Of a stretch of 64,000 bases of DNA, positions 36,968 through 50,999 are shown piece by piece (the stretch's first letter is position 1; each line of letters begins with the position of its first letter). This DNA is from Octopus bimaculoides (Eukaryota). A program made the position numbers and the translations under genes. The notes beneath the pieces are model-generated. The model saw nothing but the letters and a program-made list of their open reading frames with translations, searched no databases and was not told the DNA's origin. Location: positions 18,168,698 through 18,232,697 of the forward strand of contig NC_068984.1 of the NCBI RefSeq assembly GCF_001194135.2. The letters run 5' to 3'.

Positions 36968-39756
36968 CATATAAATGTGTGCATGCGTGTAATGTATGTA
37001 TATATATATATGTAGTTAGAGAGGCAGCTAGAAACAGCCTGAATAAGCCAGGAGATTATGCATTTTAAAATGCTAATAGAGATACGACTGAATGGTTTTA
37101 ATATCTTGAATCAGTTAAGAACGATTTGGATGGAGTATAGCTGTGGGAATGCACTAATACAGACAGATGTGATTGTTATAGATTTATAAAAGAAAGAGAG
37201 AATAGCTCTAGACTGTAGGCAAATAATAATAATAATAATAGTGATTTGGAACTGTAACGGGAATTAAAGTTTTCTTTTATTTTAGATTTGTTCTGTATTC
37301 GAACGGTAAATTATTAATTTTTGCCCTAAGCGTTTGGAGTACCTAACATATATTTCAGGTGGTTAAATAAACTGAATTCTAATTCCCAGATATTCTAACT
37401 TGTTAGCTTTGCTACTATTTTAAGCAGTATGTTAGAGTCGGTTGTTAATCCTATTTCAAGCTAAGTGTTCGATTTTCTATCAGAATGTCATATGTACAAA
37501 ATAAATCAGAAGAAAAAAAGTGTATATGCATTTAGAGACTAATAATTTTGTTCCCCAAGGCTGCTTGTTGGGACTGTACTAACACACTGAGAGAAAACGG
37601 ATCTAATTCATCCAAAGATCCAATCCTATACTTAGTAGCCAGTATTTTTCACATTTGTCGTGTGCTGTTTAGTGGAACTGCAGTTGTACTATTTCTTAAT
37701 CATATGTAAATTATAATACAATTTAGTTTAAAACTTATTTTAAAGATAATCCATATTTCATTACTTTGTATTTGAAATTTAAGTTAGAATGAAAATTAAT
37801 TTTTCTTGCTTGTTAAATGAATATTTTCAATCTATTCTGACAAAATATGAACATGTTTTATGATCTCTCTTTTCTGTGGACTTTTTCTGTTTTTGATCTT
37901 AATATAATTAAAACTTTTAGTGTTCTTCTCTGGTTCCAGTAGAATTTTAGTGGTTTGACATGTACAAAAATGTTTTGTTTTAAACTATGTGATAAAATTT
38001 AAGCTGCTTCGTAAGCATGAGAGTTTTTGACATGATTAGTACATTAATCTTGTTCTGTTTCTTCCATATCAATATGATGTGTATTGTTGTATGAATATAC
38101 TAACATGAATAAATCAGGGAGAAGTGAAACACTGCAAAGCATGGCCTCAAAGTCTTCAATAAAATCTTATCTGCATATTATATTATATCTCAAACACTTT
38201 CATTTTACTGCTATCATGTGTGTGTAATGTATGTATGTATGTGTAAGTACTGCTATGAAAGCATGATTGCTACTTCCAGTTTGGATACATAATGATATAC
38301 TTTGATTAAAGGTTGGCAGCCACCCAACTGCAATAAAACAATGGCACCCATATACTTGAGATTTTGAATACTGAAGGTGAACATTTTAACCAAATAAAAT
38401 GATTTGGTTCTCAACTATTGTATCTTGTCACAATTTATTTGGCTAAAACTTGGAAACAATTATTTTTATTGGTTAACCAGAAAGTGGTCCAGGGCATGTC
38501 TTTCTGCAGTGAAATACAAGAAAGACAATGGAAAAATTTCCTTGACCGTGTAGCATTGATGGTAATTTTTTAGATACTAGCGCAGATGGACACCTGGGAA
38601 AACTATGTTCCTCAACTTCCCTGAATTCTTAGTCTTGCCTATTTTATGACAATATATTTACTCATACCTGAGATTTTAAATTACCTTTGAAAGAAAAATA
38701 AATACCTCATTCCCTTGTATGGACTGTTTCCCATCTCGGGAAGGCGAATGGTAGAACTGATATTGATATCATCATCAGTAACAGCATCACTATCATCAAT
38801 ATTATCATCTTTCTGTTTGCTCTCCATTCTGGCATGGCTTGGATGGGTCATCGTCATCTAAGTTATTTCTTATTGAAAGCTGACTGCTTCCATAGACTGT
38901 TGCTTATATGTGTCGTTTGGCTTTGTTTCTGTGACTGAATGTCCTTTGTAATTTAGCCATTCTAAGTTAAACTGGCTGCATTTTCTTTGTGGCACAGCCA
39001 TAGTTTGGTGGAATAGTGCTTGACAAAACAGAATCCAAAAGATCTCACAATGCCGTGCTTTCTCTGCCAACTACCTTACAGTGTATCTTTCATGAGATTA
39101 GTACTAGTGAGATTGTTTCACTCACCAGTCTCTGTTGAGGGAGCTTAGCAAGAGTGAGGGTTCCGTCATGGCACCAGCACAGGAATGATGATGCTGAACA
39201 AAATGCTTTGTGGCATTTAGTTACATTCTTTTACATTCTCAGTTCATATCTTGTCAAGGTTGATTTTTGCCATCTTTCTTAAATCAATAAAACAAACAGC
39301 AGCCACATACAGAAGTCTGGCTACACTATTCCTCATAAATATTGCCAGTAGAATATTAGAATCTTAAAGCTTTGTAATTTTGTGTATATTCATTAATTCT
39401 AGCTGAAACCAACTCTACTCAATTTAAAATCCGGCTAGTAATGTGGGAATAGGGGAATTGTGTATTAAAATATTTTATTAGAACTTTTCTTTCCCCTTCA
39501 TTTTCAATTCAACAGCTACATTGGGTTTAATCATGATTTATTATGAATTCTCTTCTCTTTTAATTATATGTGACATTCTATTATACTGCATTAGTAACTG
39601 TTTTTAATAGCTTACCAGACAGAATATGCTAAAATATTCAGGTATCGTTAGCATGAGTAAAGTAATAATGATAAAAATTTTGCATATTTTTTTAGTTTGA
39701 ATATTTTTTCTTCTTCCTGTTTTAAAATTTTATATTTTTTGCTTTTATCATTTCAG

Positions 39757-39814
39757 ACTTTTGCATTTGATCATTGTTTTTGGTCAATGGATGAGAAGGA
39801 TCCTAAATTTGTTT
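39757..39814 (+). CDS. KIF13: Internal coding exon (58 nt, phase 0 to 1) of a kinesin-3 (KIF13A/B-like) motor domain: TFAFDHCFWSMDEKDPKFV
   Basis: Polypyrimidine tract plus tttcag acceptor and gtaagt donor. FAFDHCFWSMDE is characteristic of the KIF13 N-terminal motor region. Joins the next exon in frame (T+GC = Cys). Confidence 0.9.
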
Positions 39815-39906
39815 GTAAGTAGCCCTGTGGTTTTTAAACAAATATTGTTGTTATATCTTCTTTTAACATGTGTCCCTTTACAATGTTCCCACGAAGACTA
39901 TATATT

Positions 39907-40112
39907 TTAACCCTTTAGCATTTCAACAGGCCATATCTGGGCTCAGATATTTCACCTATTTTTCATTCAAACCAGCCAGGTCTGGCCTCTCACACCAACC
40001 TTACAATGTCATTCTAAAAATAAACAATGACATCATTGAAATTTCAAAGCTACAAGATAATGCATGACTAATTCAAAGCAATCTGAATGAATAAGCATTG
40101 CATTTGACAGAA
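39907..40112 (+). mobile_element. Dispersed repeat beginning TTAA-CCCTTTAG (piggyBac-like terminus), ~90 nt downstream of the first KIF13 exon
   Basis: TTAA followed by CCC is the piggyBac end signature. The same body sequence recurs at 61689-61866 and inverted at 61497-61674. Confidence 0.5.
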
Positions 40113-40164
40113 TAATCTGAATTAGAATTCCTACTTGACAAACAGAACAAAATAAAGACTGTTG

Positions 40165-40548
40165 ACCATTGTGGGGGTGGGAAGAAGCTTGCTTTGCAAC
40201 CATGTGGTTTTTGGTTCAGTTCCATTGTGCTGCAGCTTGGCCAAGTTTCTTTAGTTATAGCCACAGACCAATGAATGCCTTGTGAGTGGATTTGGTAGAT
40301 GGAAACAGTATGGAAGCCCATCATGTAAGCGTGTGCACATGCATTTGTGTTTGTTCCCTCCGACACTTGACAACCAGCATTGGTTTGTTTACATCTCTAT
40401 GATTTAGCAGTTTGGTTGAACAGACCAATCGAATAAGCACCAGACGTAAAAGGTGCTGGGGTCGATTTGTTCAACTAAACCCTTCAAGATAGTGTCCCAG
40501 CACACAGCCTCAGTCCAATGTCTGAAACAAGTAAATGCTAAAAGATAA
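40165..40548 (+). mobile_element. SINE family A copy
   Basis: agcttgctttgcaaccatgtggtt...ccttgtgagtggatttggtagatggaaac...tctgaaacaagtaaa. Confidence 0.75.
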
Positions 40549-40740
40549 GACTGATTCACAGAATTGGTAGAGCATCAAAGTATTTTATAGAATTTAGTCA
40601 TGGCTCTTTACTTTTTTGAATTAAAATCTTCAGAGGTCAACTTTTCATTCTTCTAGATTTGATGGAATAAGTACTAGTCAAGTATTGGGGTCAATTCTAA
40701 CTATTCCTTCTCTTTATGCCTGAGGTACAAATTATTTGTC

Positions 40741-41127
40741 TATTACTCGTTTCAGTCGTTAGACTGTGACCATGCCGGGGCACTGCCTTGAAGAATTTTT
40801 AGATGGATGAATGGACCCAAGTACTTATTTTTAATCCTGGTGCTTATTCTATCAGACTCTTTTGTTGAACTGCTAAGTTACAGGGACATAAACATACCAC
40901 TGATTGTCAAGCAGTAGGAGAAGATAAACACAGACACCAATCTACACACACACACTCATCTATGACAGGCTTCCTTTAGTTTCCATTTACCAGATTTATT
41001 CTCAAGGCTTTTGTCGGCCTGAGGTTATAGTAGAAGATTCTTGCCCAAAGTGCTACGCAGTGGGGCTGAACCCAGAATTATGTGGTTAGGAAGCATGCTT
41101 CTTACTACACGGCCATGCCTGCTCCTA
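40741..41127 (-). mobile_element. SINE family A copy (inverted relative to the 40165 copy)
   Basis: ttactcgtttcagtcgtt...gtacttatt...tatagtagaagattcttgcccaaagtgctacgcagtggggctgaaccc. Confidence 0.8.
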
Positions 41128-42679
41128 TTATTACTTTAGTCAAGTAAACAATATTATATGGTTGGATTTGGTTCCTATAATTGAAATATTACAAGTTGGT
41201 TCAGAATAATCTGCTATTTTATGCTGTTTTCTGTTTAAAAATTATATATTTATTAATAAGGAACGAATAAAGCTGTGCCCAGAGAAAAAGAAAAGAGTCT
41301 GTGCAAAGTGACAATCATCTCCTAGCAGAAATTATTGATTCAGTGTTTAAGTAGCATATTTTCCATTTTGTTTTTCTCCTCCTCTAACTCATTAGCATCA
41401 TTTATTGATATCGTTACTGCAGTAACTAATGTTTACAGCAGAAGTTATCAATAATGTATTTTACTTGTCATATGTGTTCTGATAATCACCATTACCGATG
41501 CTTGTTTAACTTAATTTGGATTGCTTAGCACAACCCATAGTTTTGGATATTCCATTTGTACTCTTAGATTTTATTGAATGTGAAAGTAATTGATTAAATT
41601 ATGAAGCAATCTCACCTGCTTTGGACTTAACAAGATCTAATATTCAACAGCAGATTAACTGGATTTTAGTTTACAACACACTGCTAAGGCCTGTTTCACA
41701 GATTAAAAGCAGGCAATTTGAATGGTCATCTTGGAGAACAATTCCAATAAATACTTCAAGTTATTTGCTGGTTATGGATTTTGGAATGATAGAGATATTT
41801 GCCATTCTAAGGTTCAGTAATATAAATACACTACTATTATTACTAATTCAATTCTTGGACTTGGACAAATGGTAAAGGCAGCTGAAGTGTGGGAGTTTTT
41901 ACTGCAAGTGTGGAATATTTTTCCTAGAAGACTTGTGATCCTTGACTTGCAGGAATTCTTAGGTTAATATGGAAGAAAATATATGCATTGAACAAGGCCT
42001 TACTGCAATTAGTAGATAGCCTGTTCCCTGTCCAAAGTGTTTTCAGAAGTTTTTTCCTAAATGTCCATGTTTGTTTCCAAACTTTTAGTTTGCCCTTGTT
42101 TCATAAGTTCTGAGTATTATAAAGCTTCCTTTTCTTAAGTCCTAAGTTACTCTGGCAGTTGAAAACAAATCAGGAATATGTATAAAATATGATACATGGA
42201 CACCAGGGGAAAATGTCCTGTATATCACATGATATATGTGACTGGCAAATGGTTAGGTATTTATTAAACAACTAACTTTTATTCTCAGATTTTTTTTTTG
42301 TTAATTTTAGTTTAGTCTTTGTTTTTCTATTTGCTGTATTCTCTTTTTCATTGTCTTATAGCTTTTGTATCTATTGAGTCACATTTCTCATGTAAGAAGA
42401 ATTATAAATGATTACAAAATTGAAGTGAGGAGAAAATGTTTAAATTAATTGCAATAGGATTTCACATAAAGGGTGACTTACATTCACTTTTCTTTACCTT
42501 GAGGGTATGCCCTGGCACACTTTCACCACCTTCTCTCCCCCACCTCTTACTGGAGTAGCCATGTATCTCCTCTACAGCAAGACACCTGTTTCTGTCTCTC
42601 TATCACAAAGCCATTTCCCTCAGCACACCTCTCTCTCTCCTAGTTAAAGGGTCTTTGTCTTGCAAATTACTTGTAAACC

Positions 42680-42880
42680 ATACCAGTGCCAGTGCCTCAT
42701 AAAATGCACCTAGGCCATTGCATAAATTGGTTGGCATTGGGAAGAGCATCCAGCTGTAGAAACCAAATCAAAGTAGACAAGACAGTAGAGGTTGATGCAG
42801 TCCTCTGGCTTGCCAGCTCTTGCTAAACTGTCCAACTCATGCCAGCATGGAAAACAGACATTAAATGATGATGATGACTG
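42680..42880 (+). mobile_element. Repeat family C copy
   Basis: ggaagagcatccagctgtagaaacc...ccaactcatgccagcatggaaaacagacattaaatgatgatgatg. Confidence 0.7.
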
Positions 42881-43119
42881 ACTGTATCTAAATGCGACCA
42901 GATTTTTAGCATTTCCTTTCAAAAGTTACTAATACTGAAATGTGAAGACTTTGAATGTCACTATATTCCAAGAATGTTTATTTGCATATACAAATGTTTG
43001 ACAAAAACCATAGGAATGAGCAAAACTTAATTTTTATTATAGAAAATACTTACTCGTATTTTAGGAAAGCTGTCGAATTTAGGATTGTGAAGCCAAGTAT
43101 GCAAAGGAGAATGACCTAA

Positions 43120-43525
43120 GCTGAGTCATATGGTAAGGTTGTGGGTTCAAATCCTGCTCTGGATAACTATTGTAACTTTGAGGAAAATATTCTATTTCAT
43201 ATTGCTCTCATTTACTCAGCTGGTATGAATTGTAGCTAACTGCTGGTGCAGTACTCCAGCCATCACATCCCTTATGTTCTGTTTGGTCAAAGGTAAGAAA
43301 GACGAGAAGATGATTGTGTTGAATCCTGCTCTGAGCAACCATTGTGTCCTTGAGCAAGATATTCCATTTCACATTGCACTAGTCTCCTCAGCTGTAACGA
43401 GCACTAGCTAACTACTAGTGTCACATCTTCTTTCCAGCTGTCACATATTTTCTGTTCTGTCAGGTGAAGAGTAAGAAGGGTGAGAAGATGTGTGTGTCTG
43501 CTCGTGACTACGTAGACACCTAAAA
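43120..43525 (+). mobile_element. Two tandem old CORE-like SINE copies
   Basis: gggttcaaatcctgctctg...tttactcagctg and gaatcctgctctgagcaaccattgtgtccttgagcaagat...ctcagctg. Confidence 0.55.
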
Positions 43526-45694
43526 TATATTGCAAAAACATGGTCCAACCTACCAAGTCCTGCTTGCTTCAGGGTGACAGCTAAGCTTTTCAAAGCTGCA
43601 TTAACTGTTTTCATTGGCTTTCAATGAATTCCTTCATATCAGAAATAGAATTTTATTTTTAAAACCAACAGTTAACTGGCTTAAAAACTAAATAATTCAT
43701 CTATTGATGCCATTTAAAAATAAGATACTGTTCACATTTTGATAAGAGTAAATTCTACTGCGAAAGAGGTTAGTGGGGAGACAGAATTCAATGATTGCAA
43801 TTGTTTATGTAATGTTGTTTGTTGTAAGCTATCAGCTGTGTGAAGTGTTGAAATAACTGACATTAAACAGTTGAGCACTATTTGCCTTCATTGACTGACA
43901 GATAAAAACAACTACAAAAAAAAAAAACATGTAAACAAGATCAGGTTATATTTGTTTCCCCAGACGCGTTGCTAAACTACAGTTTTTTTTCTTCTTTTGT
44001 TGTTGTTGTTTTGGTTATCCTTACAATATGATTTCCTGGTAAATCTGGTGTTGTGTATTGATTGTATGAATAGCAGTATCAATTTCTAACATAAGTTCTA
44101 GATCTAGACTGATTGATTAATCAATGAAATAGCCAATATGATAAAGAAAAATAGAAAAATTGAAGAAAAAATGCATTTGATTTTATAGATAAATGTAAAA
44201 GATCATTTGTGATAATTCGAGCTTCAGTTTAGAAAAGTTAGGTTAAAATGTTGGAAAATGTCTGAAAATGTTATCATTTATATTTTTGTTTCATTAGAAT
44301 AGAGATAAAATGCCTTAGGTTAGATTTAATTTTCTACTGAATGTTATTCACATAGAAAAGCTACCACCAATGTGGCATAATGTGGCAAGGTAAAGAAACT
44401 GAAAAATACTCCATTTTTGTTCTTTTTGTGTATGCATATGAGAGAGAGAGGGAGCTTTTTTTTTTTGAGTGAGAGAGAGAGAGAGAGAAAGACAATGACT
44501 GGAAATAATTTTACAGTTTACAATAGAGTTAAATTGTATTCTATTGACTGCAACCGAATCTTGTTCACACATTACTGCTACACTGCACTGCAAACAAGAC
44601 TGTACCATTTCATTATCATTGTGTTTCTTACGTTGTTTTTTAGCATTGTTAACATCACCATTGTATAATTACCATTACTGCTGTCAACATTATCATTATA
44701 GCAGCTCTATGTCAAACCAGCCACCGCCCTACCTTCGCCTTTACTATCACTGACTGGCTTCCTTAGTCATGTGTATTGTCTTTGTATGCCATCTTGTCTC
44801 ATATCATCTCCGTGTCTATTACTGGCATTGTCTCTGTTGCCATTATAATAATATCAACATCCTACTTGTTAGCACCATTATTTACATCATCATTATCTTC
44901 ATCATCATTTAACATTCCTTTTCTCCATTCTTGCATGGGGGCAGACAAGCTTTGTTGACGCAGATTTTATTGAGCTGGAAGCTCTTCCTGTTACCCACCC
45001 TCGCTTGTCTCCAATATTTCCCACAGCCAGACCAGACATGTTTTTGACAGAAAACTGGGAAAGAAGAACATTCCATGCATCATGGTGATGCTTATTCACA
45101 ACCATCACATGATGACAGGACAAGGTGTACATACAACACATACACACTGGACTTTTTTCAGTTTCCATCTACCACTCACTTAGCCCAAGGCTAAGTAGAA
45201 GACACTTGCTCAAAGTGCTGCTCGGGGGGATTGAACCTAAGACCACATGGTTGGGGAAGTAAGCTTCTCAACCACACAGCCACACCTAAAGCTAAACATA
45301 TGCTTTAAACTCATTTCTGATTACATCAGCTTAAGAATAGTCATTCTTTAATCTATCTATATTGTTTTGTACCATTCTGAAGGAATTTTTTTAAGCATTT
45401 TATTTTTCTTCCTGTTAATGGTTACGGTGTTGGGGCAGAGGAGGCTGTACCAATGGCCTTTGCAGACTTTCTGAAACTGAGATTGGTATATGTTGAGTTG
45501 TTGTTATTCTTGAATAACGGCAAGGTCACTGATAGGGGATAAACTTAGGTTGAGTGGGGGTGGATTTCTGGCCAATAATGTTTCGGGGAAAGGTGGACTA
45601 AGAATTTGTATAAACAAAATGAATGCCTAGATGAAGATACACTAGTGCAAGCCTGGCTGTGTGCTTCACAAATTTCGCTTTCATAACCACATGA

Positions 45695-46032
45695 AGGTGG
45701 CGAGCTGGTAGAGACAGCACGCCGGGTGAAATGCTTAGCGGTATTTGGTCTGTCTTTACCTTTTAAGTTCAAATTCTGCCGAGGTCAACTTTGCCTTTCG
45801 TCCTTTCGGGGTCAATAAATTAAGTACCAGTTGCTTACTGGGGTTGATCTAATTGACTGCCCCCCGCCTTCTCAAGATTTTGGGCTTTGTACCTAGAGCA
45901 GAATAGAACAATCACATGGTTTCAGGTTCTGTCCCCACCGTGTGGCACCTTAGGCAAGTATCTTCTAAAATAATCACAGACTGACCAATGCCTTGTAAGT
46001 GAATCTAATAAATGGAAATTGTGAGGAAGCCC

Positions 46033-46068
<36 letters not shown>

Positions 46069-46280
46069 TGTGCATGTTTTGTTCCTCCTCCCCCACTACT
46101 CGATGAACATCATTGGTTTGTTTATGTCCCCATAACTTAGGAATTTGGCTGAGAAAGCAGTAGGATAAATTCCAGGCTTTAAAAAAAAATTACAATAATA
46201 CTGGTGTTGATTTGATTGAATAAACTCTTCAATGCAGTGTCCCAGTATGGCCACAGTCCAGTGACTGGAACAAGTGAAAA
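45695..46280 (+). mobile_element. Adjacent SINE family B (45695-45905) and family A (45905-46280) copies
   Basis: The B copy is CpG-retaining (cacgccgggtgaaatgcttagcggtattt...gttcaaattctgccgaggtc), followed by an A body with a (TG)n spacer. Confidence 0.75.
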
Positions 46281-49200
46281 AATAACTAATAATGTTTAAA
46301 TATAAATCTTACAGAATAGCATGTATGGTATATAATAAACTGTGCATCGATCTAAACCTTTGTAGTTCTGTCCAGACTACAGAAATGAAATTCCCTGTTA
46401 GGTTCTGAGCTCAATTTATCTTGCTATACTATAGTTTCATCATCGTCATTTAATATCTGTTTTCCATGCTGGCATGGGTTGGGCAGGAGTTGGCAAGTCA
46501 GAAGATTGTGCCAAGCACTGTCTGTCTGTTTTGGCATAGTTTCTATGGGTGGGTGCCCTTCCTAATATCATCCAGTCCTAAATCTGGGTGTTTGTGTGTG
46601 AGTTCGTTGTTCAACAGCCCTACCTACACAGTGGGTAGAAAATTCTAAAATATCAGCTGTCATGATTTGTAAACACCTAATAATTTATAAACATCTAACG
46701 CTTAGTGATTGTTTAAACATGCTGAGGTGCAAGCATGCCTGTGTGGTTAAGAAATTTACTTGCCAACTTTCAGGTTCAATCCCATCGCATGGCACCTTGG
46801 GTAATGTCCTCTACTGTATCTCCAAGCCAACCAAAGCCTTGTTAGTAGATTTGGCAGGCAAACATGAAAGAAGCTTGTCGCACGCATTTGTGTGTGCATT
46901 TATGTTTGTCTTGACTTTGGGTGATAGTTTTTAATAAGAGACACCATCATACAAGCTGTGTCCTTTGTTTCCTATATTCTATGAAAACTTTTCTGGCCAT
47001 GGGGAAATACTACAGTGCTTGGAAACTGACGAGGGTTGGTGATAGGAAGGGTATCCGGCTGTAGAAATTCTGCTGCCATGAATTGCATCTGACCCATGCA
47101 AGCATGGAAAAGTAGATGTTAAACGATGATGATGTGTCTGAAGTTCTATTTGTAATTTATAAATTACATTTTGTTTAATGGTAAAGTAAGATTTCAGGCC
47201 TCTCAATCAAACTGCTCTAAAAAGCATTGCTGTGATAAGTTCCAATCATCATGTGCATGAAGAAGAAAAAAAAATTGAGCATTTTGCTTTTATTTTTACA
47301 TGTTTTTAAAAGACATTATTAATTTGTTTGCTTATTTTGATCCATGATTGTACTGTGCATGTAGCCATATTAAACAGCAGAACAACATTATATATAATGA
47401 TTGATATAGACTAATACACATGAAATAAACTCTAATAAATTGTGAGTTGATGAAAACTTTATACTATTATTATCGTTCTTTTCAATCTGAATCTGCCAAT
47501 TCACTTAGATTGGTCAATCTGATAACATATTTCAATTTCAACGTGTGTTTAGTTAATTTCCTTTCTTCTATATTTTAAATTATTTTTGAGATTTTGACTA
47601 ATTGCTTACATTTCATGCTGTTAGTTATGCCACTTCAGAAATATTCTTATCAGCGTGGAGTGTGTTGCTAATAAAAATATTCTGTATTTGAGGTTCTTTT
47701 TAAACATTAAATTAGATGTACAGACGAAAGCTTTCCGATCTTACCATTGTAAATATTGTGAAACGCATGCCTTAGGTTTAAATACTAATCAGTTAATTAT
47801 ACCCCATTATTGTTATTGTGGTTTTAGTTTTGTTTTAATTGCATGCAAGGTCAACTATATTAAACACTGTCATGAATAATAAAGCAGATAGTGTTCCCAA
47901 AAAATTTAAGTATTTGTGAATTGTTCACAATATCTCTATTAAGCATAAAGCAAACGGCTGCAATACACATTGTATTCAATATTCTATATTTATTCAGAAA
48001 AAGCTATTGATCTTCTAACTTGTTGAGGAGAAAAAGAAAAGAAAAATAAAGCAGAAAGCTTCTGAGCTTCAAAAACACATTAATAAATCATTTTGTATTC
48101 ATTATGATACAGTTGAGGGCATTTGAATCTTTGACCTATTCAATGTCATCAATCAGTGGTGCATTCTCTTGATGAGAGCAGTATCAGTGAGAAAACAGCT
48201 GTATATTAATGTATTTTATAGTATTTACTATCTGTCTCCCAACATTAAACAGGAACCACACAACCTTTTCAATGTTTGCTGCATTGCAATACCTTGCAAG
48301 AATGAATCTTTTGTGCATTGTGCTGCTCACTGCAACAAGGAGTATAAGTGTTGCATTGGAACCATGGTGCTGAGAAATATAAATGCATGGCAATTCAGCT
48401 TTTTGTACAATAAATAAATAAGCTATTTGTTCATTAATGGTTATGAGAGATTCACATAAATATGGCATTCCTTCTTCATATTTCTTAACGATGTCACCGT
48501 GAAGTAGGTTTGTCTGTCTGTTCCATATCTCCTTTGTAAAAAATAAAGACCAGTATATAAGAAAGGCTTTTATGTGCATTTAACAAAATTCCAGACTGTC
48601 TTCTTTAGAAATGGCCATATGTCTCACTTAAAAGATCTCTTCTTTTCAATATCTCTCTGAGCAGGGACATCAATCAGTTTTCCACACTCTGATTTTCACA
48701 GTCAAGTTACTCTCTACGTTCGCTTTCAAATTAAACAGACTCACCTGTAATTGCTCTCTAAAATAGACTTTGTGCTTGTTATCATTTACTTGTCCCACTT
48801 CAAAGTCCATTTAACTCTCAGGCTCCACTGAGTAGTCCATAATTAGTTGGCTGTTTGTATTCTTCATTGTATGTGTGAAAATCCATTTGTTACAAAACTT
48901 TTATTAGCATGATGTCTTCTTCATATTTGCCGCCATGACCATAATACAGTGTCTTCATACCTTTCACCATGACGATTCTGTGTTATCGTCTTTATTTCTT
49001 GTCACAACTATAGACTTTTTGCACACTTATTATCACTAGAAACTAGGGGTACATTTTGTCTGGCTATATTAAATACTATGCAAGGTGTCCAACCTAATTT
49101 GATAAATGCAAGGGAAAGTAAATGATAGAGGGATAGGACGTGACAGTAATTTAAAAAGGGAGAAGTTATGCATCTTAAACTGGTTCCTTCATATGGAACA

Positions 49201-49900
49201 TGAAGGCAATAACTTGAGAGTATCTGTTATCAATAAGGTAAATATTTGTCTATGCCAAACGGGAGATGGTATAGAAAATTTTTTTTACATGTCTTATGAA
49301 TGTTTAATGATCTTTCCTCCTTATTTCAATCATTCTAATGAAAAAAGATTATGGAGTTGAGGTTCTCTCCACTTACTCCCTTTTTGACTTTTATAGATTT
49401 TTATTAAACATTTGTCTTGCCTGCTTTCATAGATTTTGTTTAAATTGTTTAGCTGGTGTTGGTTGTCTTAATTATAAAATTTCCAATTGATTCAGTTATT
49501 ACAATTAATCCTGTACAACATGATATGGGTGGATTTTAATAAATTTCTATAATTTGAATATGTTTGTTGATTGAATGATAAACTGGAAAACATTTATCAA
49601 TTAAAGTTTTTTTTTATATATATTAAGCAAAAAAGAAATTGGGGAAAAAAATATTTTTGCTCTATTCAATTTTAATCGAAGTTCTCATTCATAAAATAAT
49701 TTATAAAATGATAATTTTTATATCAGAGGAGTTGAAAACTTAATTATTATACTTCTTTGAAATCCATTTGGAAAATATTCCCAAAATCCTTGGCTCTGCA
49801 CTTTACAAGAAAATTCAACCATTTTTTCCCCATTATATCGATTTATCATATATTTGCATATATGAATATTTCATGTTTACATGTAATTTGTCTATTTTAG

Positions 49901-49993
49901 GCCAAGCAAAAGTGTTTGAATGTCTAGGACGAGATATTTTGAAACTGGCATATGAGGGTTATAATGGCTGTATTTTTGCCTATGGACAAACAG
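49901..49993 (+). CDS. KIF13: Internal coding exon (93 nt, phase 1 to 1) of the KIF13-like kinesin: (C)QAKVFECLGRDILKLAYEGYNGCIFAYGQT(G), first half of the P-loop
   Basis: ttttag acceptor and CAG|gtactt donor. GYNxCIFAYGQTG is the kinesin Walker A lead-in. Visible at the end of ORF 49768-50010. Confidence 0.93.
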
Positions 49994-50999
49994 GTACTTA
50001 CTTTTTCTAATATCTAATGTAACATGTCACCATAGTGTTTTTATATGCAAATTCTTAACTTTATATAAAAAAAAAAAATTATCATTCTTTAATATGTTTA
50101 TGACATTATTCACATTCTGTACCATCAATGGCGTATTTGCTGAATATCGTTTGCGATATTGTGAAGTGGAATATTTAAAATAGATCGTATTAAGTGTTTT
50201 CCATCTCCTGCATAATAATGTTTTATATGAAGTAACAACCCTCTTGAATTTGGATACATACATGAATAAAATAATAGCATAGGCCAACAAAGGAGCTCCT
50301 ATGTAGTCACTTGTCTGGTAGAAGTAGTAGTTGAATGTTCCTCAAATCACACACTATTATCTTGGAAATGGAAGGATATAATCCTGGATATGTGAAAAGA
50401 AAGTGCTAGACACAGCTGGAAAGCTTTCAATAATGGGCCTTGTTAAGGGCCATTAATGAAGTTGATTTAACATGGGCATCAAAGTAGATAGAAACAACTA
50501 AGAAGGTTGAAAAATTCAAGGAAATTTGAAGATTTGGGTGATATAAAAAATGTGGGGTTTGAAATTAAAACTAGTAATCTTAAGAAATATTGTTTTGGTT
50601 GTCATGAATACGATAAGCTTTAGATGCAACAAGAATAGTTTACAATTTGTGGTTGGTTTTACATAACGGAAGGTATGAAACTTTTGTTATATAGAACTCA
50701 CATATACCATAGCAGAAAATCCTTTTTTCTCTTTTAGAAAGTGTAGGATGTTAGACGGAGAAGAGGAGTTTGGTGTAATAATGCCTGCTTTGATGGAACT
50801 GAAATTTGTGATTGGTAGACTTATTCCTCCCTCTTAAACTGATGTGTAAGCAACACTTGTACTGAACCATGAGACAGCTTTTATTTAGCTACTTGACATG
50901 CTAGAAATACTAGCCAAATTTCCAAACACTAAAAAGAAAAGGAAGATTTCATTGCATACATTATGTCAGTGGAAAAGACCAAATAGTTATGGCTGAAAT

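Larger units (their letters stand above)
39815..49900 (+). other. GT-AG intron (10,086 nt) between the two KIF13-like exons
   Basis: Canonical splice sites with compatible phase (1/1). Confidence 0.85.

Noticed and set aside
39807-39843. 8-bp stem (atttgttt/aaacaaat) enclosing the exon donor
   Set aside because: A short AT-only stem is expected by chance in this composition.
48100-49020. Possible DNA-transposase remnants (VHCAAH on +; QEIKT...HGER...MDY/WSLR on -)
   Set aside because: Motifs are short, out of frame and mutually inconsistent. This needs a tBLASTn against hAT/CMC transposases.
50143-50160. 7-bp hairpin aatatcg-tttg-cgatatt near the second exon
   Set aside because: Too short, and not complementary to the exon, so not an editing complementary sequence.
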